A DNA stretch of 64,000 nt from an uncultured Caulobacteraceae bacterium (lineage in GTDB: Bacteria > Pseudomonadota > Alphaproteobacteria > Caulobacterales > Aquidulcibacteraceae): the NCBI GenBank assembly GCA_964443435.1, contig CAYUCW010000001.1, positions 11,474 through 75,473 on the forward strand. The letters run 5' to 3'. This document shows positions 49,875 through 59,184 of the stretch, in pieces. The notes beneath the pieces are model-generated. The model saw only the letters and a program-made list of their open reading frames with translations. It was not told the origin of the DNA and did not search any database. Within the stretch, counting starts at the first letter, position 1. The number at the start of each line of letters is the position of its first letter. Both the position numbers and the translations under genes were made by a program.

Positions 49875-51863
49875 ATGGGTGGAATTTCAAAATCTATAAT
49901 TGCTATAGGTTTCGCATTAATGGCAAATAATGCTTTTGCGCAAATTGCAACTGATGCCCCTAAAATTGGGATGCTTCATCCGATTTTTCAAGATTATTCC
50001 GTTTTGCAGCGCGGTGAGGGAACAAGCCTTTATGGCAAAGTAAATCCTAATTCTGAGGTTAATATAAGCTTTCTTGATGTAAATTATAAAACAAAATCCG
50101 ATAAGGATGGAAATTGGAAAATTATATTAAACACTCTTAAGCAAGGTGGGCCTTATAATTTAATAGTAACTTCAAATGGAATGAAAGATATTGAATATAA
50201 AAATATTCTTGTCGGCGATGTTTATTTTTGTTCAGGTCAATCAAATATGCAATTCACTGTTTCGCAAAGTCGAAATTTTGGTGATGAGCTTTCAAAAGCA
50301 AAAAATCCAAATATAAGATTATTGAATTTCGAAAGAAGAAGTAGCGCAGTTCCACAAGAAAGTTTTGCGTCAATTACAAATTGGAAAGAAGCAGATTCAA
50401 AAACTGTGGCTGATTTTTCAGCGGTTTGTTATTTTATGGGCCGTGATTTAAATAAAAAATATAATGTGCCTATTGGATTAATTAATTCAAGTTGGGGTGG
50501 CTCTATTATTCAAGATTGGCTTCCTGCAAGCGCATTAAAGAAAATTGGCGGATACGACCAAAGTCTAAAATTATTATCTGAATACGCGATAAATAAAGAA
50601 CAAGCATTAATTAGTTTAAGTGCTGGAACAGATAAATGGGCGCAAGAAAACGATATAGGTCAGCAAGCAAAAATAAAATTTTCTGATTTTGAATATAATG
50701 ATGAAGCTTGGAATAGTATTAATTTCCCTGGGGTATGGGAAGGCTCTGGTCAAAAAGACTTAGCAGGCCTTGATGGCGTTGTTTATTTTAGAAAAACTAT
50801 TGAATTAAACTCTGAGCAAATTAAAAATGATGCAATCATAAAACTTGGGACAATTGATGAAAGAGATGATACTTGGTTTAATGGTGCGAAAATTGGAAGC
50901 ACGGTCGATCATAGAGATGAGAGAGCTTATAAAGTACCAAAAGAATTACTTAAAGTGGGTAAGAATATCCTTACATTTAGGGTGATTGATGAAAACGGGG
51001 GCGGCGGCATGCGCTCTTCACCTGATATTATTAAAATGGAACTTGGCGATGGTTCGATTATACCTTTATCTGGAAGTTATAAATACAAAATTATTGGTGA
51101 TTTTAATAAAAAATTTCCAAAAGCTCCATTTGTTCCTTGGGTAGGTTCTAAAGGGAATACAAGTATTTATAATGCGATGATAAAGCCAATAATGCCTTAT
51201 AATATTTCAGGCATAATTTGGTATCAAGGGGAGCAAAATATTTTTGAGCCCGATAAATATTATCCGCTTTTGAAAAACCTTATTTTATCATGGCGTGAGG
51301 GCTTTAATAAGAATGTTCCTTTTGTAGTTGTTCAATTATCAAATTATGGTGGGCTGGTTTCAAAGCCTGTTAATAATGGCTTTTCTTCAATAAGAAATGT
51401 GCAAAGACAAATAGTGAATGATGTCGAAAATACAGGTCTTGTAGTAACTATTGATGTTGGAAATCCGCGCGATATTCATCCAACAGAAAAGCAAGAAGTA
51501 GCTTTAAGGGCAAAATCAGAAATAGAAAAACTTGTCTATAAAGAAGCAAATGCGCCAATTGCGCCTTTGCCCGATAAAGCAATTATGCTTGAAAAAAATA
51601 TCAAAATTACATTTAAAAACTTGGTTGGAAATTTAAAAAGCCTTTCAAGTGATAATTTAATTGGATTTGAAATTTGTGATGCAAAATATGTTTGTAAATT
51701 TGCCAATGCAAAAATTGCTAATAATGAAATTATCATAGAAAACCAAAATAAAAACAAAGTGAAGTATATTCGCTATGCTTGGGGTGGTTCACCTATTGTC
51801 AATTTATACACTGAAAATTTTGTAGCAGTCACACCATTTGAATTAGAATTGGGAGTAAAATAA
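49875..51863 (+). CDS. Sialate O-acetylesterase-like (SASA) carbohydrate acetylesterase
   Basis: GDVYFCSGQSNM, WYQGE, DIHP; signal peptide. Confidence 0.88.
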   Translation: MGGISKSIIAIGFALMANNAFAQIATDAPKIGMLHPIFQDYSVLQRGEGTSLYGKVNPNSEVNISFLDVNYKTKSDKDGNWKIILNTLKQGGPYNLIVTSNGMKDIEYKNILVGDVYFCSGQSNMQFTVSQSRNFGDELSKAKNPNIRLLNFERRSSAVPQESFASITNWKEADSKTVADFSAVCYFMGRDLNKKYNVPIGLINSSWGGSIIQDWLPASALKKIGGYDQSLKLLSEYAINKEQALISLSAGTDKWAQENDIGQQAKIKFSDFEYNDEAWNSINFPGVWEGSGQKDLAGLDGVVYFRKTIELNSEQIKNDAIIKLGTIDERDDTWFNGAKIGSTVDHRDERAYKVPKELLKVGKNILTFRVIDENGGGGMRSSPDIIKMELGDGSIIPLSGSYKYKIIGDFNKKFPKAPFVPWVGSKGNTSIYNAMIKPIMPYNISGIIWYQGEQNIFEPDKYYPLLKNLILSWREGFNKNVPFVVVQLSNYGGLVSKPVNNGFSSIRNVQRQIVNDVENTGLVVTIDVGNPRDIHPTEKQEVALRAKSEIEKLVYKEANAPIAPLPDKAIMLEKNIKITFKNLVGNLKSLSSDNLIGFEICDAKYVCKFANAKIANNEIIIENQNKNKVKYIRYAWGGSPIVNLYTENFVAVTPFELELGVK

Positions 51864-53191
51864 TGAATCGCCGTAATCTTTTAATAGGTGTCGCAAGCTT
51901 AAGTGTTTTGGCTAAGTCTGCGAATGCACAAGCATTAAATGCTCAGAATAAATCTAAAACTAAAATTCCAAAAAAATGGATAGATAAAACTACTGGTCAT
52001 GAAATTACAAGAATTTCGAGTATTGATAATTCAAAATCACTATATTTCCATGATAATGCTTTTACTAAAGATGGTCAGTATATGGTTATGGACACACCTG
52101 AGGGTATAGCCGTTTATGATTTTAAGAACCAAAAGGAAATTAAGCTTACAAGTTCTGGATTTACTACTATTATGGTTTCAAGGACAAAGAATATTGTTTA
52201 TGCCCGAAAGTTTAAAGGTGAAATCACCACAAAAGATAATAATAATATTTTCAAAGGCCTTGAATATTTTGCAATCGAAATTCCTTCTGGAAAATTGCGT
52301 TCTTTAGGTGTAGTTGAAAATGGCTTTATAACAACAATTAATGCCGATGATACTTTAATGGCAGGTGCATTTGCTTCAAGATTTTATGCGCTTCAACCTG
52401 GACCTAAAATAGCAAATACTGATGGTGGCTATAATGCAATTGGCCCTGATGGTAAGCCCATGAGTTTTGCCGCCGCAAAAGAGCTTAGAATGGCGGATAG
52501 ACTTAATCAAAATATTCCAATGGAAATTTTCACAATTAATATTGAAACTGGGGAGCGTAAGACCGTTTGCGCATCTAATGATTGGCTTAATCATATTCAA
52601 TTTTCGCCAACGGATCCAAATGAAATTATGTATTGCCATGAAGGGCCTTGGCATAGTGTTGATAGGATTTGGAAAATAAAGACTGATGGCACTGGTCAAG
52701 AAAAAATCCATACCAGAACAATGAATATGGAAATTGCTGGTCATGAATTTTATTCATTTGACGGCAAATCGATTTATTATGATTTACAAACACCAAGAGG
52801 CGAAAAATTCTGGCTTGTTAAACATGATATTGCATCCAAGAAAAATATTTATTATCATTTAGAGCGAAATGAATGGTCGGTTCATTATCAAATTTCTCAT
52901 GATGGAAAAATTATTGCAGGTGATGGCGGCGATGATCAAATGGTCGCAAAAGCACCTGATGGAAAATATATTTATATTTTTGAACCTGAACTTATTGAGG
53001 ATTTAGGTGTAAGTGCACCAAATGCCGCCGATCTTATAAAACCAGGAAGGCTTAAATCAAAGAAAATAGTTGATATGGCAAAACATGATTATAGAGTAGA
53101 GCCAAATATCCACATTAGCCCTGATAATAAATATATTGTATTTAGGTCTAATATGCATGGCCCAATCCATACATATATGGTTAAGCTTTAA
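51863..53191 (+). CDS. Oligogalacturonate lyase (PL22)-like beta-propeller with Tat signal
   Basis: DKTTGHEITR, LYFHDNAFT, YCHEGPWHSVDRIW, GHEF. Confidence 0.8.
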   Translation: MNRRNLLIGVASLSVLAKSANAQALNAQNKSKTKIPKKWIDKTTGHEITRISSIDNSKSLYFHDNAFTKDGQYMVMDTPEGIAVYDFKNQKEIKLTSSGFTTIMVSRTKNIVYARKFKGEITTKDNNNIFKGLEYFAIEIPSGKLRSLGVVENGFITTINADDTLMAGAFASRFYALQPGPKIANTDGGYNAIGPDGKPMSFAAAKELRMADRLNQNIPMEIFTINIETGERKTVCASNDWLNHIQFSPTDPNEIMYCHEGPWHSVDRIWKIKTDGTGQEKIHTRTMNMEIAGHEFYSFDGKSIYYDLQTPRGEKFWLVKHDIASKKNIYYHLERNEWSVHYQISHDGKIIAGDGGDDQMVAKAPDGKYIYIFEPELIEDLGVSAPNAADLIKPGRLKSKKIVDMAKHDYRVEPNIHISPDNKYIVFRSNMHGPIHTYMVKL

Positions 53192-53199
53192 TATAAATG

Positions 53200-53230
53200 A
53201 AAATGCCCTTCGTAAAGAAGGGCATTTTTT
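53200..53230. terminator. Bidirectional intrinsic terminator
   Basis: AAAATGCCCTTC-GTAAA-GAAGGGCATTTT. Confidence 0.8.
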
Positions 53231-55185
53231 TATTTCTTATATTTCACAATATTTATAGGTTTGGATTTAAGCTTTTCCATGCCCTCGCCTATATAGAAGC
53301 TCGGATGCGGTGGTTGATTATATGCGCTATTCTGCCATGAAATTGCCACTCTATATTGTGGGTCTTCCATTAAGCTTGGCATGCTAATCTTTGTAGGAAA
53401 ATTGGTTGCATAAATTCTTAGTGATTTATTGTCTGTTGTACGTAAAATAACTTCTTCACGCCAATCACCCAAAATATCGCCTGATAAAGCAGGGTTTGAT
53501 TTTGTACCATTATTACTTGTTGTGCCATCAGCAACTAAAATAGGGTTTGTTTTGTTTTCATTCCAATCCCATTTTGATATTGTATTGCCATCAAGGATTT
53601 CACGTAATAAGTCGCCGTCCCACCAAACTGCAAAATTCATTTGTTTTGGGCGCACAGGCGCAATTTCTTCGCCTTTAATATTGAATAGAGCAGGGGAGTT
53701 TGAGGCCCATATTTCTGTCCCTTTGTGTCTAGGGTCAATATCAATAGCAACACCGCGCCCAGTGTCTTTTTCGGCGCGTTTTGTCCAAAGTAATTTGCCA
53801 TCTTTAAGATTAATGAGAGCGGATCCAATATTGCCATTTGCCATATTTTCATGAACGCCGAATTTTTCTAAACCAGGGTTAGTTGGATCAAGGTCTGAAA
53901 CATGCATAGCGTCACCATGCCCTAAGCCAGTAGTCCACATTGGTTTGCCATCATTATCAATAGCCATCGCGCCAAATATGATTTCTTGTTTTCCGTCATC
54001 ATCAATATCAGCTACAGAGACTTGATGATTTCCTTGATGGCTATAATTATCAGCAATTCCATCAGCTTTGGAATCGAAAACCCATTTTTTGACTAATTTA
54101 TTATTCACTAAATCATAAGCAGCAATCACGGTTTTATCGTAATAACCGCGAGAGAAAACCATGCTTGGTTTTGAACCATCAAGATAGGCAACAGTCGCAT
54201 TATATCTTTCCATACGATTGCCATAACCATCGCCCCAGATTCTCTTCATTTCATCATTGGTTGGATTGTCATTATTCAAAGCTCTTTGTGGTTCATAACG
54301 CACAGTATCAATTGCTTTTCCCGTAAGTCCTTCAAATACAGTAAGATATTCTGGCCCTTTAAGGATTCTTCCCTTTAGTTGCGCCATTAATTTGCCGTCA
54401 GCTGCAACAACAGAGCCAGTTCTATCTTTTGCTTCTAACTCGCCACCCGTTTCAACATAATTGGCATTAATATCGCCAATTACTTTACCTGTGCCATCAA
54501 TAGTTCCATCCGCAGTTTTAAACGCAATTTCAGAAACTCCATTGCCATCAAAATCAAAAACCAAGAATTGCGTATAATGTGCGCCTGCACGTATATTTTT
54601 ACCTAAGTCTATTCTCCAAAGTTTTTTGCCTTCAAGCGTATAAGCATCGATGAATACATTTCCAGTGAAGCCAGCCTGCGAATTATCGCGGGCATTGGTT
54701 GGATCCCATTTTAAAATGACTTCATACTTGCCATCACCATCAAGATCGCCAACGCTTGCGTCATTGGCTGTGTAAGAATAAGTTTGGCCTTCGGGTGTAA
54801 TTCCATCTTTTGGCACATCTAATGGTATCTCAAGATAGTTTTTAGACCAAGTCTTTACCGAACCCAAGGCTATATTTGATTTACTATTTCGAATTTCATA
54901 TACGGAATCTATAGTGCCATCCTTATCAAGAAAGTTGGTAACACCACTTATTGGGCTTTTGGTTATTTTTTCACCATTACGAAAAATATTATACTTTATG
55001 TCTTTTGGCTCTAGATTTGATTTACGCCAAGAAATTAGATTGCCTTTTTCCGCAGGTACACTAATTAAGCCTAGATCTAAAAATTCAATATTACTATTTT
55101 GCGCTAATGCATTATTATTTGATAAGCTGAGTATTGCTAAGCCAGAATAAATGCTTGCCAATAATAATTTTTTATAAAATTTCAT
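53230..55185 (-). CDS. Rhamnogalacturonan endolyase PL11 (YesW-like)
   Basis: YTANDASVGDLDGDGKYE, NIRAGAHYTQF, FSRGYY, HGDAMH, YNQPPHPSFY. Confidence 0.95.
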   Translation of the reverse strand: MKFYKKLLLASIYSGLAILSLSNNNALAQNSNIEFLDLGLISVPAEKGNLISWRKSNLEPKDIKYNIFRNGEKITKSPISGVTNFLDKDGTIDSVYEIRNSKSNIALGSVKTWSKNYLEIPLDVPKDGITPEGQTYSYTANDASVGDLDGDGKYEVILKWDPTNARDNSQAGFTGNVFIDAYTLEGKKLWRIDLGKNIRAGAHYTQFLVFDFDGNGVSEIAFKTADGTIDGTGKVIGDINANYVETGGELEAKDRTGSVVAADGKLMAQLKGRILKGPEYLTVFEGLTGKAIDTVRYEPQRALNNDNPTNDEMKRIWGDGYGNRMERYNATVAYLDGSKPSMVFSRGYYDKTVIAAYDLVNNKLVKKWVFDSKADGIADNYSHQGNHQVSVADIDDDGKQEIIFGAMAIDNDGKPMWTTGLGHGDAMHVSDLDPTNPGLEKFGVHENMANGNIGSALINLKDGKLLWTKRAEKDTGRGVAIDIDPRHKGTEIWASNSPALFNIKGEEIAPVRPKQMNFAVWWDGDLLREILDGNTISKWDWNENKTNPILVADGTTSNNGTKSNPALSGDILGDWREEVILRTTDNKSLRIYATNFPTKISMPSLMEDPQYRVAISWQNSAYNQPPHPSFYIGEGMEKLKSKPINIVKYKK

Positions 55186-55644
55186 ATTCTTCCCAATTCT
55201 GTTTTAGTTTATTTATTGCATTCATTCGTATATTTGTAAACATAATTGTGTAGATTTTTGATTGAATATGCTTGCATGTGAGTATTTAAGCCAAAATTTC
55301 TAAGAAAAATAGCTAAATCCATAGATGTGAAACGATTGCTCAATAAGTTATATGTAATACAAATAAAATATAGGGTAATTTAAAATAAATTGTTATTAAA
55401 ATGCAACACTCGAAGAAATTTTTTTAAAAATGCAATATAATCAGTATCTTAAAAGAGGCATTTTTTATATTTTTCGATTTATAAAATAATCTAAAGCTAA
55501 AATTTTACAATTTATTTTTTGTTTATAGCCTTTTTACTCATAAAAATACTTGACTTGTCATAATCAATCATAGAAATTGTATGAGTTAAGATCGCGAGAT
55601 ATATATCTAATCAGCGATTAATTATTGATTCTGGGAGGAATAGA

Positions 55645-58600
55645 ATGTCAATTTTAAAACAAGACTCGAAAAGTACCTTGTTAGCCAGTGCTGCTGCACT
55701 ATCAATTATTATAGCTTCTGTTGGTGGAAGTGCTTTTGCGCAAACTGCAACAAAAGAAGAAGCGGAAAAAGCAAAAACTACTACTGCTACGGCTGCTGCA
55801 TCTGAAACTATTGTTGTGAAAGGTATTCGTGCATCTAACCAATCGGCTATCGCGCGTCAGAAAAACTCAAATACAGCAATGGATTCAATTGTTGCTGAGG
55901 ATGTTGGTTCGTTTCCAGATAGAAACGTAGCTGAAGCTATTTCAAGGGTTGCAGGTATTTCAATCGATAGAGGTGAAGCTGCTGATGGCGGAGAGCTTTC
56001 AGTTCGTGGTCAAGCAAATGATTTTACACGTATTGAGATTGACGGCATCGGTGCGGCAACTACATCTTTTAGCGGTGCGCCTAATAATAATGATGCTGCA
56101 AGAAACGTAGACTTACGCTATTTAAACTCAGATTTGATTAAGAGTATTGATGTTTACAAAGGTGCAACTGCTGAGCTTACTCAAGGTGGTTCTTCTGGAA
56201 CTGTTCTTATTCAAACAAGAACTGGTCTTGATTTTACTAAACCATATTTCTTCTTAAGGGTTGGTGGTCAAAAAGTTTCATTATTTGATGAATTTAATCC
56301 TGACGTAAGCTCTACTTACACAAGAAAATTCTTTAATAATAAAGTAGGTATGGTTTTAAATGGTTCTTATGTTAAATCATTTACAGGTAATGATAACGTA
56401 AGAAATAATAATGAAAACGCAAGTGGCGGTGGTAACTTCGGTGCTGGTTACGGACGTATGCTTGATATTGATAATAGCTTAGAAAAAACTATTACTCATT
56501 CTGCTGCTGGTCTAGGAAGTGCAGCAGATGTTGCGCTTGCATCAATTACAAGAACAAATAATAGTGTTTTTGCTTATACGCCTAGAGAAATTATTACTGC
56601 TTCTGGTGCTGCAACCACTAAAGAGCAATGTTTAGCATTATATCCTACCTTAACTACTACTGATTTAAACGCATTTACTGGAACAACAAATCGTAATAAT
56701 GCGGCATCGTTGCAATCTTTTGCGCAAAGAACTTGTCTTGCGCAATGGTATGATTACACGCCTACACTTTTGAGATTATCGCAAAATGAATTTAGAGAAG
56801 ATAGATTTAACGCAGATGTTAGATTTGATTATAAACCTTTCGATAGCTTAAATTTATATGTAAAATATGCAGTAGCTAATAATAATAGACAACATGAGTT
56901 CCAAAACTTAAATATTGATACAGCTGCTACTTTTAGTACTGCAACATATACTGGTACTCTAAATGCACTTCCTGGAAGTGTTGTTGTAGATAAAAACCAC
57001 TTTGTAACAGGTTGGACGAACCCTGCTACTGCTGGTATTGGTCTTGATTCTGCTGACTATAGATGGTCTTCTGATACAACAACTATTACTTCTGGATTTA
57101 ATTTCAAAAAAGGTCCTTGGAAAGCTGATTTTGTTTATGGTAATGTTGATTCAGGTGTTCAATTTAACTTCAACCGTATAGGTTACTTTGGTTCAATCGG
57201 CTCTTATAAAGTAGCAAGAAATGCGGAAGGCTTATATTTACCTGATTTCACAGGAGTTGTTGATTTAACTAACCCAAGTGATCTTGCTACTAAATTTAGT
57301 ACTCCAAATGCAGCTGCTCCTAACACTAGGCAGTTTACTAATACATTCACTTATAGATATGATCCTATTGAGAATGAAAGCAATACTGAGACATTTAGAC
57401 TTGATGTAAGCAGAAGAATTACTGAAATTCCATTCATAACACGTATTGCAACTGGTGCGAGTCAGATAAATTATTCTTATACAAACTATACAGGTGGCGG
57501 ATTTAATGCTGACAATGGCGCAGGAGGTATAGTTGCTGTTCCTGCCGTTAACGTAAGATCTACAGTTGTAGGTTGTCAAAGCGTAGGTACAAGCTTGTGT
57601 ACTTATGGGGTTGTTCCATCAGGACAAAATACTGCAACTACATTAACTCCTGCTGATTTAAAATATATTATTGAAAATTCTTTATATTTTAATGGAAATT
57701 TCTTAGGCGGTAGTGTTGCTAATGTACCTGAGGGTTGGTTAGGAATTGACGTTAATAAAGCACTTACATTCCTAGATGCATCTAAATTCAATAATGATTG
57801 TTTAAGAGTATGTACTGGAGCTGATGGAAAGGTTTATGAAAAACCAAAAACTAATGTTGATGAGACTGTAACTTCATTATATATTCATGGTGAGTTTTCT
57901 CAGAAATTACCTTTAGGCGTTGTACTTGATGGTAATATGGGTACTCGTTATGTTCAAACCGAGCGCCAAGCAACTGGTTCTCTTGGTTATACTATCATTG
58001 AAAAAACAGCATTATTTGATCCATTAAATCCAGGTGCTGCAGCTGGCATAACTTCTAGAACTTTTGTTAGAAACACTTCTTATGATGGTGATACTAAGAG
58101 TTGGACTCCTTCGTATAATTTAGCGTTGAAATTCCTTGATGGTAAGCTTATTACTAGATGGAATAATTCTAAAGTTATTACACAGCCAAGAGTTGGTCAG
58201 TTATTCCCATCTGGAAACTGTACTTTCGATGAAAGAATCATAGATTTACAAGATCAGTTTTTTGAAGGTGGTGAGCAAGGTGACGAACCAGCGGATCTAA
58301 GATGTACTGGTAACTTTGGTAACCCTGCTTTAAAACCATTTAATGCATTAAACCGTAACTATACTTTAGAATATTATCATAGCCGTGATACATATATTAA
58401 ATTATCACGTTATGTTAATACAATTCGTGTTGCAGGTGTACGTACCGTTACTTTAAATAATGTTGACATTTTTGGTGATGGAAGAGAATGGACTTATAAT
58501 ACATATGAAAATGTATTAGGCGGTAAATATTCTGGTTGGGAATTAGCCGGTAAATTAGGTTTTGATTTCCTTCCTTGGAAGCTAAAATATTTTGGATTTG

Positions 58601-59103
58601 ATGGTAACATAACCAAAGCAGATCCTGGTGCTGCGCTTCAGTTTAAAGAAACTTACACTGGTGATTTATTGCCTGCGCAAGGTGTTCCTGATTATTCATT
58701 GAATGCTTCGCTTTGGTATGATGATGGTAAATTAAATGCCCGCTTATCTTATCAAAGAATTACCGAGCGTTTCTCAACTATTACTGGACAGACTGGATCT
58801 GGTATTATGAATTACCCAATGGATTTCCATGGTCAATGGGCATTCTTTAGAGCAGGTACTACAAGCAGCCCTTATTACAGCCCAGGATTACAAACTTGGA
58901 CTCCTGAGGTTGAATACTTGGACTTTAAAGCTAGTTATAAATTCAATCAGAATTATGAAGTATTTATAGAAGCAAGAAATGTAACTGAAACTACAGCTGG
59001 ATTATTCCAAAAAGGTGCAAGTTTTGAAGATGGTGCACCTGTAAGAAATAATTATGCTTATGGTGGTTCAAGATTGAATATGGGTGTCAACCTTAGATTC
59101 TAG
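55645..59103 (+). CDS. TonB-dependent receptor of the pectin/RG-I locus
   Basis: Signal peptide, TonB box-like ETIVVKG, FPDRNVAEAISRVAG plug, C-terminal GVNLRF. Confidence 0.93.
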   Translation: MSILKQDSKSTLLASAAALSIIIASVGGSAFAQTATKEEAEKAKTTTATAAASETIVVKGIRASNQSAIARQKNSNTAMDSIVAEDVGSFPDRNVAEAISRVAGISIDRGEAADGGELSVRGQANDFTRIEIDGIGAATTSFSGAPNNNDAARNVDLRYLNSDLIKSIDVYKGATAELTQGGSSGTVLIQTRTGLDFTKPYFFLRVGGQKVSLFDEFNPDVSSTYTRKFFNNKVGMVLNGSYVKSFTGNDNVRNNNENASGGGNFGAGYGRMLDIDNSLEKTITHSAAGLGSAADVALASITRTNNSVFAYTPREIITASGAATTKEQCLALYPTLTTTDLNAFTGTTNRNNAASLQSFAQRTCLAQWYDYTPTLLRLSQNEFREDRFNADVRFDYKPFDSLNLYVKYAVANNNRQHEFQNLNIDTAATFSTATYTGTLNALPGSVVVDKNHFVTGWTNPATAGIGLDSADYRWSSDTTTITSGFNFKKGPWKADFVYGNVDSGVQFNFNRIGYFGSIGSYKVARNAEGLYLPDFTGVVDLTNPSDLATKFSTPNAAAPNTRQFTNTFTYRYDPIENESNTETFRLDVSRRITEIPFITRIATGASQINYSYTNYTGGGFNADNGAGGIVAVPAVNVRSTVVGCQSVGTSLCTYGVVPSGQNTATTLTPADLKYIIENSLYFNGNFLGGSVANVPEGWLGIDVNKALTFLDASKFNNDCLRVCTGADGKVYEKPKTNVDETVTSLYIHGEFSQKLPLGVVLDGNMGTRYVQTERQATGSLGYTIIEKTALFDPLNPGAAAGITSRTFVRNTSYDGDTKSWTPSYNLALKFLDGKLITRWNNSKVITQPRVGQLFPSGNCTFDERIIDLQDQFFEGGEQGDEPADLRCTGNFGNPALKPFNALNRNYTLEYYHSRDTYIKLSRYVNTIRVAGVRTVTLNNVDIFGDGREWTYNTYENVLGGKYSGWELAGKLGFDFLPWKLKYFGFDGNITKADPGAALQFKETYTGDLLPAQGVPDYSLNASLWYDDGKLNARLSYQRITERFSTITGQTGSGIMNYPMDFHGQWAFFRAGTTSSPYYSPGLQTWTPEVEYLDFKASYKFNQNYEVFIEARNVTETTAGLFQKGASFEDGAPVRNNYAYGGSRLNMGVNLRF

Positions 59104-59116
59104 TATAAAAAAGATA

Positions 59117-59143
59117 AAGGCGGTCATTTTGACCGCCTTTTTT
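59117..59143. terminator. Bidirectional intrinsic terminator
   Basis: AAAGGCGGTC-ATTTT-GACCGCCTTTTTT. Confidence 0.8.
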
Positions 59144-59184
59144 ATGCTTGTATTGTTTTTCTTTTTTATGCTTGTATTGTTTTT
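59137..59184. repeat. Exact 24-bp tandem duplication
   Basis: CTTTTTTATGCTTGTATTGTTTTT at 59137-59160 and 59161-59184. Confidence 0.9.
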
